This document shows positions 1 to 8,487 of a stretch of 60,472 bases of DNA, in pieces. Origin of the DNA: an uncultured Planctomycetia bacterium (GTDB lineage: Bacteria > Omnitrophota > Gorgyraeia > CAYVEO01). The notes beneath the pieces were generated by a model, which was not told the origin of the DNA, did not search any database, and saw nothing but the letters and a program-made list of their open reading frames with translations. The position numbers and the translations under genes were made by a program. Each line of letters starts with the position of its first letter. Position 1 is the first letter of the stretch. The stretch spans positions 1-60,472 of the forward strand of contig CAYVEO010000007.1 of NCBI GenBank assembly GCA_964449965.1, in the 5' to 3' direction.

Positions 1-23
1 TGGTTAGAATAGGAGATAAAGAT

Positions 24-353
24 ATGAATGAGAGAGATAGGGCATTGGTAATAGACTTTAAGAGAAGACTTCCATCTGAGATGTTAAGGCAAGTAAAGCG
101 GCTTATTGTTTTCGGATCACGGGCAAGAGGGGAGACAACAGAAGATTCGGATCTTGATATGATTGCATTAGTAAATGAAAAAAAACTTGATATAGAAAAA
201 AAACTTGAGGATATTGCTTATCAGATTATGGAGAACTATGACTTTAAACCAATTATATCTCTTAAAGTATTTGAGGAATCTCAATTTTATAATGCTATTA
301 ATAAAGGCTTTTCCTTCTATAGACATGTAGAGGAAGAAGGTGTTGTTATATGA
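24..353 (+). CDS. Nucleotidyltransferase-domain protein (MNT-type antitoxin partner of HEPN)
   Basis: 109-aa ORF with the pol-beta-fold signature FGSRARGE-x6-SDLDM. AGGAGA lies upstream of the ATG. ATGA 4-nt overlap with the next ORF. Confidence 0.8.
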   Translation: MNERDRALVIDFKRRLPSEMLRQVKRLIVFGSRARGETTEDSDLDMIALVNEKKLDIEKKLEDIAYQIMENYDFKPIISLKVFEESQFYNAINKGFSFYRHVEEEGVVI

Positions 354-730
354 CTGAAGAAGTCAAAAGACTTATAGAAAAGTCAGAACATGCACTTGAA
401 GTAGCTGAAGATCTATTGAAAAATGGTTATCCTTCAGATGCTGCAAGTAAAATCTATTATTCTATGTTCTATGCGGCACAGGCACTTTTAAGAGCGGAGG
501 GAATTGATGTTATAAAACATTCTGCTGTAGAGTCATCTTTTGGATACTATTTTGTCAAAACAGGCAGGATTGATCCTAAATACCACAGGATGCTTATAGA
601 TGCCAGAAAAATCAGGGAAATTGCTGATTATGATATTCAAGAAGAGATTGTAGAACCTACTGCTTCTCTTAAGATTGAAGATGGAAAATCATTTTTAACA
701 GCAATTAAAGGCCTTTTGGGAGTAGGATAA
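350..730 (+). CDS. HEPN-domain protein (toxin partner of MNT)
   Basis: 126-aa helical ORF coupled to the MNT gene. C-terminal DARKIREIADYD resembles the HEPN R-x-x-R..aDY region. MNT-then-HEPN order is the classic arrangement. Confidence 0.72.
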   Translation: MTEEVKRLIEKSEHALEVAEDLLKNGYPSDAASKIYYSMFYAAQALLRAEGIDVIKHSAVESSFGYYFVKTGRIDPKYHRMLIDARKIREIADYDIQEEIVEPTASLKIEDGKSFLTAIKGLLGVG

Positions 731-745
731 TTTCAAAAAATCACT

Positions 746-762
746 AAAAATAGAACCGTCCC
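746..762 (-). repeat. Copy of GGGACGGTTCTATTTTT motif (family of GGGGACnGTCCCC-type repeats)
   Basis: The reverse complement of 746-762 is identical to + strand 33598-33614. It lies in the convergent gap between the HEPN gene and fba. Confidence 0.5.
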
Positions 763-764
763 TT

Positions 765-1715
765 TCAATCCCCTGCATGGCTGGATGAGCCGAAGTCTAT
801 CATCTTGTTCTTTACCCATTTGTGTATGGCTTCTCTTCCCTCACCCAGGTATTTTCTCTGGTCAAATACCTCTGGATGTTCGTGGAAATATCTTCTTATG
901 GCACCGGTAAATGCCATTCTTCCGTCTGTGTCAATGTTTATCTTTCTTATTCCTAATTTTATAGCCTCTTGTATCATGGAGATAGGGACTCCCATCGCCT
1001 TTGCCACGTTCCCTCCGTATTTATTTATCTCGGTAACGAGTTCCGGTGGGACACTGGATGAGCCGTGCATGACGAGATAGGTATTTGGCAGGTATTCATG
1101 TGTCTTTTTGATAATATCCATTGCTAATTTTGGCGTTGCCTTGAACTTATAAGCACCGTGTGACGTTCCTATAGCCAATGCCAGTGCATCTACCCCGGTC
1201 TTTTCTACGAAGGTCTTTGCATCCTTAGGGTCAGTGAGGATTACCTTACTTGCGGCAAGGCCGTCTTCTATTCCACCAAGTGTCCCTAATTCCCCTTCAA
1301 CTGTAACGCCATATTTATGGGCATGGTCAACCACCTCTTTGGTAAGGCGGACATTGTCCTCAAATGGCCTTGGGGTCTTTTCATCTTCCTTGAGTGAGCC
1401 GTCTATCATTACGGATGTAAATCCCAGAGGAATAACATCTTTAACAAGTTCCAATGTAGTCCCATGGTCTAAGTGCAATGCTACCGGTATATGCGGATAT
1501 TTCTTCTCGGCAACTTTCACCATCGCCACGAGGTAATCTTTATCTGTATATTTCAATGCAGTCCTGCTTACCTGAAGAATCACAGGTGACTTTGCCTCAT
1601 CAGCTGCTTTCATTATTCCCTGTAGTTGCTCCATATTATTTACATTGAACGCCCCCACTCCATAACCGCCCTTTTCTGCTGCTTCCAGAATCTTTTTCAT
1701 TGGAACTAATGACAT
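765..1715 (-). CDS. fba: Fructose-bisphosphate aldolase, class II
   Basis: 316 aa. N-terminus KKILEAAEKGGYGVGAFNVNNMEQ, then HLDHG and the SHGAYKF motif typical of class II FBA. Confidence 0.9.
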   Translation of the reverse strand: MSLVPMKKILEAAEKGGYGVGAFNVNNMEQLQGIMKAADEAKSPVILQVSRTALKYTDKDYLVAMVKVAEKKYPHIPVALHLDHGTTLELVKDVIPLGFTSVMIDGSLKEDEKTPRPFEDNVRLTKEVVDHAHKYGVTVEGELGTLGGIEDGLAASKVILTDPKDAKTFVEKTGVDALALAIGTSHGAYKFKATPKLAMDIIKKTHEYLPNTYLVMHGSSSVPPELVTEINKYGGNVAKAMGVPISMIQEAIKLGIRKINIDTDGRMAFTGAIRRYFHEHPEVFDQRKYLGEGREAIHKWVKNKMIDFGSSSHAGD

Positions 1716-1743
1716 ATTAAACCCCTTTCTTCTTAAAATTGCT

Positions 1744-1787
1744 GACAGGCGGAACGTCCGCCGTGGTGGACGGGACGCCTGTCCTAC
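1744..1787 (-). repeat. REP-like GTAG-headed palindrome
   Basis: The minus strand reads GTAG-GACAGGCG...CGCCTGTC (8-bp outer stem 1744-1751/1776-1783 with an inner imperfect hairpin). The DUF166 stop TAG (1787-1789) overlaps the G of GTAG. Confidence 0.6.
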
Positions 1788-2473
1788 TAATTACTTTTAA
1801 GAGCCTTATTTACTGCAATCTTTACCATCAGTCCTGACCTGTGCATTAAAGTATCACAGAATTCGTCGTCCATCTTCATAGTGGAAAGGCATGGATAGTA
1901 ATGGTGCATGAGTCCTGCCTTTTCCTCAACCTCTCTGATTGAAAGCCCAATAATCTGTTTTGCTACATATCTCGTATCGCCGCACGGGGCATCTCTATTA
2001 ACTATAACCTCTGATACCTTGCCTTCTTTACAGGAAATTGTTAATATCGGCTTACCAAAATATTTGGTGAACAGGGTTATAAATTCATTGTTACTGTCAG
2101 ACTCTGTAAGTGAGCAGAAAGGAACTGGAAACACGGAATCTATACCTGATGCAGCAAGGTCTTTTTTCAATTGATTCACCCTGCCTGCCGGAAGCCAATC
2201 CCTGTTATCCACAGGGGCGATTACCGCCTTTGCTTCTGAACGTTTGACAATCTCCGGTATAATATCAACTAATGCAGGTTCTTCCCCCAGGGATAATATC
2301 AAATCAGCCCTGGGAATATTTTCAGGTATAAATTCTTCAGGTTCGTCTATAAATGGCAACTTTATAGGTGGGATTATAATCTCATGGACCACCCAGTCAG
2401 AGGGACCGTTCTGCCGTATATTCCTGACCTTTCTTTTACCCCATTCACCCTGGACTATAGCTAATATGTGCAT
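1787..2473 (-). CDS. DUF166-like Cys-rich protein (function unknown)
   Basis: 228 aa recognised by overall pattern (N-terminal ILAIVQGEWG, conserved Cys in APCGD, YYPCLS, FCDTL). Lies directly downstream of acsE. Confidence 0.45.
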   Translation of the reverse strand: MHILAIVQGEWGKRKVRNIRQNGPSDWVVHEIIIPPIKLPFIDEPEEFIPENIPRADLILSLGEEPALVDIIPEIVKRSEAKAVIAPVDNRDWLPAGRVNQLKKDLAASGIDSVFPVPFCSLTESDSNNEFITLFTKYFGKPILTISCKEGKVSEVIVNRDAPCGDTRYVAKQIIGLSIREVEEKAGLMHHYYPCLSTMKMDDEFCDTLMHRSGLMVKIAVNKALKSN

Positions 2474-2513
2474 AATAGATTAAAGGAGGCATGTTTGCCA
2501 TGACTCTGATTTA

Positions 2514-3299
2514 TCACTTCCTGTATGCCTTTAAGAATGAATCACAATATATATTCCTGTTCAACAACAATTCTGCCGTAATCACGGCATTCATCAAATC
2601 ATCATCCATCGGGTCCATAATAGCCGCATCAAGTCCTGCTGTAATTGCCATTACTGCATAGATTCTATTTATCAACTCACGGTCCTTTGTCCCCTGGGAT
2701 ACGTTGCTTAACCCGATTACCGTCTTTGGAGCCGGGTCAGACAGGATTTTTACCTGTTTGATGGTCTCAAGGACATGACCTGCCTGTGGCTGAGCTACAT
2801 TACAAGGAAGGATAATCGGGTCTATATACAGATTCTCTATCGGCAGTCCGCACTCTCCTGCATATGTAACGATTCTCACTGCTATCTCTGCCCTTAAATC
2901 AGCGTCTCTCGGTATCCCTTTTTCGTCCATAGTCAAACCAATGATAGAGGCTTTCTTTTCTACGGCAAGCGGTATCAGTGCCTCCATCTTTTCTTTCTGT
3001 CCTGTGGTTGAGTTAATAATAGCCTCATTCTTGCACACCTCAAAGGCGCCCTTTACTACCTTAATGTTAGGGCTATCTATGGCAAGGGCAGCAGGGGTTA
3101 CTTCCTGAATCACCTCTATGAGCCATTTCATTACACCTTGAGGGTCACCTGATGATGGGCCCACATTAACGTCTAACACAGATGCCCCGGATTCCACCTG
3201 ACGTTTTGCAAGGTCCTGGATAACCTTTGCATTACGTTCCTTTATGGCAGCTTTTACGTCGTCAAACATTCCGTTAATTCTTTCACCAATTACTAACAT
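2514..3299 (-). CDS. acsE: Methyltetrahydrofolate:corrinoid/iron-sulfur protein methyltransferase (pterin-binding)
   Basis: 261 aa. N-terminus MLVIGERINGMFDDVKAAI...SGASVLDVNVGP is typical of AcsE/MeTr pterin-binding TIM barrels. Adjacent to acsD. Confidence 0.85.
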   Translation of the reverse strand: MLVIGERINGMFDDVKAAIKERNAKVIQDLAKRQVESGASVLDVNVGPSSGDPQGVMKWLIEVIQEVTPAALAIDSPNIKVVKGAFEVCKNEAIINSTTGQKEKMEALIPLAVEKKASIIGLTMDEKGIPRDADLRAEIAVRIVTYAGECGLPIENLYIDPIILPCNVAQPQAGHVLETIKQVKILSDPAPKTVIGLSNVSQGTKDRELINRIYAVMAITAGLDAAIMDPMDDDLMNAVITAELLLNRNIYCDSFLKAYRK

Positions 3300-3315
3300 G
3301 ATACGTATCCTCCCT

Positions 3316-3360
3316 AAATTAAGCCGACCAAGGTCGGCAACTACAAAATTATTGAAATTC
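3316..3360 (-). repeat. REP-like element (GAATTTCAA..GTAG-TT-hairpin-GGCTTAATTT family)
   Basis: The minus strand reads GAATTTCAATAATTTTGTAGTTGCCGACCTTGGTCGGCTTAATTT (stem GCCGACC/GGTCGGC). It fills the acsD-acsE gap and is followed by the GGGAGGA SD of acsE. Confidence 0.7.
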
Positions 3361-4317
3361 CTATCTCTTAATCAACTCATCAATCGTCTCCTGAACACTC
3401 TTAACAGCCTTTGGGTGGCGCATTAGCAGGATATCTGCGCCTGCGTGCAGCATGCTTACAGCAGTCGTCGCCTCCCATAACGGTCCCCTCTCAGACTCAT
3501 CGCCCCACGCCGGGTCAGGGCTTTTTGACTCTTTTACGCGCCATACCTCTTGCCCTATAAACGCTATTATTGGCATAGAGAGCATTTTATCCCCTGCCAA
3601 TGCCGCAAGCCTTGCCCTTTCCATTATAGAATAGGCATATTCCATACCATATCCCAATGAGCCTGTCGTGGGATAGATTGCAATCCTGTCTAACGGCAGT
3701 CCCATATCGTGAATCAATATGTTTACCTGTTTTGCTATATTGATATCTATTGGTGATTCGGCTATGATGTTATGGCCGTCAGCAAGGCATGATACTGTCA
3801 GCGTCTTGTAATTCTTCTCAATTGCATTACCTATAAGACACCTTTCACCTTTAGCAGCCTCACTGCATTTTGCAAGAACTACGTTATCCTTTTCCTGGTC
3901 GCCTGAACCCAGCAATATCAACGGCACACCCACGGCGCTGAGGACAGATTTCACAGTCTTAGCAGCAGCCTCTGGTGAGGCATCACCCCATTCAGGGTGG
4001 GTGCTCTGCAATTTTAATGCGAGCAGTTTGGCATTATATTTAGAGACACACTTCTCTGCCCATTTGACAGGGTCGCCCAGGACATCCTTAAAATTATCAG
4101 ATAGAGCCGGCGGCCAATCTTTGGGGGCTGCATCCAGAACCTCCATCGCTATAACAGGGGGATTCGGCATATCGCCTTCATCAAATAGAAAAGGCAATGT
4201 CCCTTCTCCTCCTACTGTGATTGTAGACGTCCTGGTTCCGCCTTCCTCTTTTACAGCACCTATTTTCAACGTGTTAATCTTGTTTGTCCATTTTTCTTTT
4301 AATAATGATAGAGCCAT
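3361..4317 (-). CDS. acsD: Corrinoid iron-sulfur protein small subunit (CdhD/AcsD family)
   Basis: 318 aa, the right size for AcsD. Recognised by family pattern and by its position between cooC and acsE. Confidence 0.78.
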   Translation of the reverse strand: MALSLLKEKWTNKINTLKIGAVKEEGGTRTSTITVGGEGTLPFLFDEGDMPNPPVIAMEVLDAAPKDWPPALSDNFKDVLGDPVKWAEKCVSKYNAKLLALKLQSTHPEWGDASPEAAAKTVKSVLSAVGVPLILLGSGDQEKDNVVLAKCSEAAKGERCLIGNAIEKNYKTLTVSCLADGHNIIAESPIDINIAKQVNILIHDMGLPLDRIAIYPTTGSLGYGMEYAYSIMERARLAALAGDKMLSMPIIAFIGQEVWRVKESKSPDPAWGDESERGPLWEATTAVSMLHAGADILLMRHPKAVKSVQETIDELIKR

Positions 4318-4328
4318 TTTATTTTACC

Positions 4329-5078
4329 TCACTTTCTTATTGTTGTACATATCTCGTTTATTACCTGCATAACCTCCTGGCTAATGCTCCCATTACCTAC
4401 AGCCCTTCCTTCAAGGGCAAGTTTCACCAGACTCTCGTCATAGGGAATTGTCCCGGCTAATGTTATATCAGATGGCAATTCCTTCTTGAGTCCGTCAAGT
4501 GCACCGTGAACCTTATTGATAATCATATAATTAGCCTTAACTGATATACCTAATTCCTTTATTAACTTAAAGATTCTAACAGCAGACCTCACCCCAACCA
4601 ATGAATAGTCGCTGACTAATAATAGACTGTCCATGTTTGCGACTATCCTTCTTGATACGTGTTCCATACCTGCCTCATTATCTATTACAATAAAAGGATA
4701 GTTACTTATTAACTTTTTGATGAGACTCCTCAATAAGTCATTTATATAGCAGTAGCAGCCAGGACCTTCAGGCCGCCCCATTGTGAGTAAGTCAACCCCT
4801 TTTGATTCTGAAATGGATTCCTGAACACGGTATTCTATGAACCTTTCTTTCGTCATGCCCTTGGGTATAGAATCTATATTCCTGCGCACCTCTTCCATTA
4901 TATCTGCGATGCTATCGTTTCTATCCAGCCCTATCGCCTCAGCCAGAGTAGAATTGGGGTCTGCATCAATGGCAAGGATTGGACCTGCACCTGTTTTCAA
5001 AAGATGCCGCACAATCAGCGCCGAAACAGTGGTCTTACCTGTTCCGCCCTTTCCTGCAACAGCAATCGTCCATGACAT
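4329..5078 (-). CDS. cooC: CooC/AcsF-type nickel-insertion ATPase
   Basis: 249 aa. Deviant Walker A GKGGTGKTT and the CooC CxC metal motif (GPGCYCYIN). Confidence 0.85.
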   Translation of the reverse strand: MSWTIAVAGKGGTGKTTVSALIVRHLLKTGAGPILAIDADPNSTLAEAIGLDRNDSIADIMEEVRRNIDSIPKGMTKERFIEYRVQESISESKGVDLLTMGRPEGPGCYCYINDLLRSLIKKLISNYPFIVIDNEAGMEHVSRRIVANMDSLLLVSDYSLVGVRSAVRIFKLIKELGISVKANYMIINKVHGALDGLKKELPSDITLAGTIPYDESLVKLALEGRAVGNGSISQEVMQVINEICTTIRK

Positions 5079-5081
5079 ATA

Positions 5082-7037
5082 TTATTCCTTAATGACAGGC
5101 GGGACGCCCGTCCTACTAGGAAATCTCTGCATATCCGTATGCGGGAAGAATAAGGCGGAGACGTATTCATCCATATATGCAGGCTCAACGCTTAATTCAA
5201 AATAGGTCATCTTCTTCGCTATCTCTTCAGCCTGACGTTTTGCCTCATAGGATAAAAGTATCTCCCTCGCACCGGCAAGCGAACTATTCCCGATAAATTG
5301 AAACTTATCCCTCGGTATATCCGGTAACAACCCTATCGTGATGGCCTTTTCCATATCAAGGTATGTGCCGAATCCTCCGGCAACATAGAACTGTTCCACA
5401 TCGTCAAATGTCAGTCCCAATCTCCTCAGCAGGATAGACGTTGCTGCAAATATAGCCCCTTTAGAACGTTTTATATTGTCAATATCCGGCTCTGTAATAA
5501 CAATATCCTGTGTCCCCTCATCCCCTTTGAACACAAGGACAAACTCTAATCCATCCTTGCCTTCTCTTATTCTTTCAGATTTTATCTTTGTATTTATCTT
5601 TCCATTCCGGTCAATGATTCTATTGCTCACCATCTCTGCTATACAATCTATATACCCTGAACCGCATATACCTCGCGGCGGGATAGAACCAATAGGGACA
5701 ACCTTCACGTCGTAATCCTGCTCTGTTATCTCCACCCTCTGGATGGCGCCTTTTGAAGCCCTCATTCCGCACGTAACGCCGCTCCCCTCAAATGCAGGAC
5801 CTGCAGAGGCAGAGCAGCACACCATCCATTCCTTATTACCGAGAACTATCTCACCGTTAGTCCCGATATCTATGAGCATTGTAAGTTTATCAGTCCTGTC
5901 CAGCCCTGATGCCAGAACGCCGGCAGTCATATCCCCGCCCACGTAACTGCTTACCCCTGGTATGCATGCCAACAGCCCCCTGGGATTTATCTTGATGCCA
6001 GCTTCTGATGCCCTTATAACAGGGACAAAATTGGCAGTAGGGACATAAGGTTCTCTCCTGATATGGGCAGGGTCCACCCTCAAGAGGAGATGAATCATGG
6101 TAGTATTCCCTGCACACATGACTGCGGTAAGGTCATTGCGGTTGATATTATGTTCAAGGATAAGTGACTCAATGATTCCGTTCATATTATCTACTACGGC
6201 GTGGTGTAATTTCTCAAGTCCGTCTTTTTCACTCGCATAGATAATCCTGGATATTACGTCACTGCCAAATGCCACCTGTTTGTTATAGGTAACTTTGGTC
6301 CCCAGAATCTCTTTTGTGTTAAGATTTACCAATTCACCTGATACCGTAGTCGTGCCTATATCAAATGCAATGCCATAGTTCCTGAAAGACGTGTCACCAG
6401 GCTCAATCAGCACTATTTCAACAGTCCCGTTTCTCTTGCCCAACAGGACAGTAACCTTCCAGTTACTTTCTCTTAATAGATTCCCTAACCTCTTTATGTT
6501 CGCAAGTCCTGTCTGCATTATAGGAATTTCTCTCGTGCGGCTGATTTCCCTATAGAGCCTTTCCAAATCACTTATGTTGTCTTTTAAGGTAGGGGCAGGG
6601 AGTTCTAAATATAGTTTTGTAGCAAGAGGGCTGTGAGAAAATATCCCATCCTCAATAACTGACTTAGCATGCTCAACCTCCTCTGCCTGGGGTTCATAGA
6701 TACCCTTCAATCTGAGGAGTTTCATCTCTCCTTCAGAGACTGAGTCAGGTTCTAACCGTGACTCTGGAGGGACTTCAACCTCCACATTACTCTGGACGCT
6801 TGTGAGGCATGCCAGATAATACCCCTGCAGCCGTTCTTCCTTTGAGAGCCTGCCTGTAGGCTGGGTCCGGACTTCTCCATATTTCAAGATAATCTTACAC
6901 CTGCCGCATACGCCATCACCGCCGCAGCTGGAGTTGATATAAACCCCCGCGGAAACAGCAGCAGATAAAATATCCTCACCCTTAGGAATCTCTACCTTCT
7001 TGCCATAAGGCTGAAATGTCACTGTGAATTTATCCAT
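5082..7037 (-). CDS. Reductive activator of corrinoid proteins (RACo/AcsV-like: 2Fe-2S ferredoxin + ASKHA ATPase)
   Basis: 651 aa. N-terminal plant-type ferredoxin motif SSCGGDGVCGRCK. The C-terminal sugar-kinase/actin-like region has DIGTTT and DIGTNGE phosphate loops. The last 12 codons are encoded by a REP-like element. Confidence 0.8.
   Translation of the reverse strand: MDKFTVTFQPYGKKVEIPKGEDILSAAVSAGVYINSSCGGDGVCGRCKIILKYGEVRTQPTGRLSKEERLQGYYLACLTSVQSNVEVEVPPESRLEPDSVSEGEMKLLRLKGIYEPQAEEVEHAKSVIEDGIFSHSPLATKLYLELPAPTLKDNISDLERLYREISRTREIPIMQTGLANIKRLGNLLRESNWKVTVLLGKRNGTVEIVLIEPGDTSFRNYGIAFDIGTTTVSGELVNLNTKEILGTKVTYNKQVAFGSDVISRIIYASEKDGLEKLHHAVVDNMNGIIESLILEHNINRNDLTAVMCAGNTTMIHLLLRVDPAHIRREPYVPTANFVPVIRASEAGIKINPRGLLACIPGVSSYVGGDMTAGVLASGLDRTDKLTMLIDIGTNGEIVLGNKEWMVCCSASAGPAFEGSGVTCGMRASKGAIQRVEITEQDYDVKVVPIGSIPPRGICGSGYIDCIAEMVSNRIIDRNGKINTKIKSERIREGKDGLEFVLVFKGDEGTQDIVITEPDIDNIKRSKGAIFAATSILLRRLGLTFDDVEQFYVAGGFGTYLDMEKAITIGLLPDIPRDKFQFIGNSSLAGAREILLSYEAKRQAEEIAKKMTYFELSVEPAYMDEYVSALFFPHTDMQRFPSRTGVPPVIKE
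5094..5116 (-). repeat. REP-like GTAG-headed palindrome inside the 3' end of the RACo gene
   Basis: The minus strand reads GTAGGACGGGCGTCCCGCCTGTC and shares GTAGGAC(A/G)GGCGTCCCG with 1744-1787. It is translated as SRTGVPPV. Confidence 0.55.
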
Positions 7038-7040
7038 CTA

Positions 7041-8216
7041 TCATAATATCTTCCTTAATCTCTCTATAGCTAATTTCAGCCTCTCTTCATTCTCTACCAA
7101 TGCAAACCTTATATACCCTTCTCCAGCATCACCAAATCCTGTCCCTGGTGCCACAACTACACCTGCCTTTTGGACAAGAAGACCCGCGAACTCAAGGGAG
7201 GTCAATTTCTTATACTTCTCAGGGATACGCAGCCATACATAAAACGTAGCCTTTGGCTTGTCAACATTCCAGCCAATTTTATTCAACCCATCAATAAATA
7301 CGTTCATGCGGCTATTATATACATTGACGAGTTCCCGGACGCAATCCTGCGGCCCTGTAAGGGCACTAATAGCAGATAACTGGACAGCCCTGAATATGCC
7401 AAAATCTATGTAACTCTTCACCTTGGCTAATGATTTCAAAACTGCACTGTTTCCAACAACAAACCCTAACCGCCATCCTGCCATATTATAAGATTTTGAA
7501 AGGGTATGAAATTCTACAGCCACTTCTTTTGCCCCATCAACCTCCATAATGCTCGGCGCCCTGTATCCATCAAATACTATGTCAGAATATGCAAGGTCAC
7601 TGACCACTATAAATTTCTTCCCCCTCGCCCACTGGACAATCTCTTTAAAGAAATCAATGTCCACAACTTCAGCGGTAGGATTATGCGGGTAACTCAGGAA
7701 TAGAATCTTTGTCTTATTAATGACACGGCTGCTAACCTTTTTCAGGTTATTCAATATGCCATCTTCTGAAACTAAGGGTATATAATGGACATCCCCGCCT
7801 GCTATGGTAACGCCGTTAAAATGGACTGGATAGGCAGGGGTTGGAACTATTGCCACATCGCCCTCATTCAAAAATGCGAGTGAAAGATGAACTATCCCCT
7901 CTTTGGAGCCAATCAATGGTAAGACCTCTGTTTCAGGATTCAAATGGACCCCGAACCGCCCTTTATACCAGCCCGCAATAGCCTCTTTTAAACGATTTTC
8001 AACATCCCCTCCAGGTCTTGAATACCGTTGGTTCGCCACCTTTTGTGCCGCAAGACATAATTCATCCACTATATGCTTTGGCGTAGGCAGGTCAGGGTTA
8101 CCCATTCCAAGGTCTATCACCTCATTCCCTTTTGAGACAGCCTCTATCTTTAGTTTATCCATAATAGTAAAAAGATACGGGGGTATCTTTTTTATACGCT
8201 CTGCTTCTTCCATCAC
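7041..8216 (-). CDS. Class I/II PLP-dependent aminotransferase (AlaC/AspC-like)
   Basis: 391 aa. PPYLF...VIDLGMGNPDLPTP N-terminus and the SKSYNMAGWR PLP-lysine motif. Confidence 0.85.
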   Translation of the reverse strand: MMEEAERIKKIPPYLFTIMDKLKIEAVSKGNEVIDLGMGNPDLPTPKHIVDELCLAAQKVANQRYSRPGGDVENRLKEAIAGWYKGRFGVHLNPETEVLPLIGSKEGIVHLSLAFLNEGDVAIVPTPAYPVHFNGVTIAGGDVHYIPLVSEDGILNNLKKVSSRVINKTKILFLSYPHNPTAEVVDIDFFKEIVQWARGKKFIVVSDLAYSDIVFDGYRAPSIMEVDGAKEVAVEFHTLSKSYNMAGWRLGFVVGNSAVLKSLAKVKSYIDFGIFRAVQLSAISALTGPQDCVRELVNVYNSRMNVFIDGLNKIGWNVDKPKATFYVWLRIPEKYKKLTSLEFAGLLVQKAGVVVAPGTGFGDAGEGYIRFALVENEERLKLAIERLRKIL

Positions 8217-8218
8217 TA

Positions 8219-8458
8219 TTACTCTCCTTCCTCAAGAGTTGCCAGGACCGCTCCCACTTTCACTACCTCTCCTTCTTCAAACATGCGTTTCGTTAATGTT
8301 CCAGTAGAAGGAACAGGGACATTGAATGTAGCCTTATCTGTCATCATCTCAACTAAATCAGCGCCTTCCTCCACTTTTTCACCTTCTTCAAAATGCCAAT
8401 ATGATATTGTAGCTTCATTTACTCCCTCAGCCAACTCAGGCAAAACCACTTCTTTCAT
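8219..8458 (-). CDS. Stand-alone lipoyl/biotinyl attachment domain protein (E2-type lipoyl domain)
   Basis: 79 aa. LPELAEGVNEATIS...VEMMTDKATFNVPVPSTGTL matches the E2 lipoyl-domain pattern, including the modified Lys in the DKA context. There is no catalytic domain. Confidence 0.72.
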   Translation of the reverse strand: MKEVVLPELAEGVNEATISYWHFEEGEKVEEGADLVEMMTDKATFNVPVPSTGTLTKRMFEEGEVVKVGAVLATLEEGE

Positions 8459-8487
8459 CTAATCACCTCCTTAACAGAGACTTTCCA

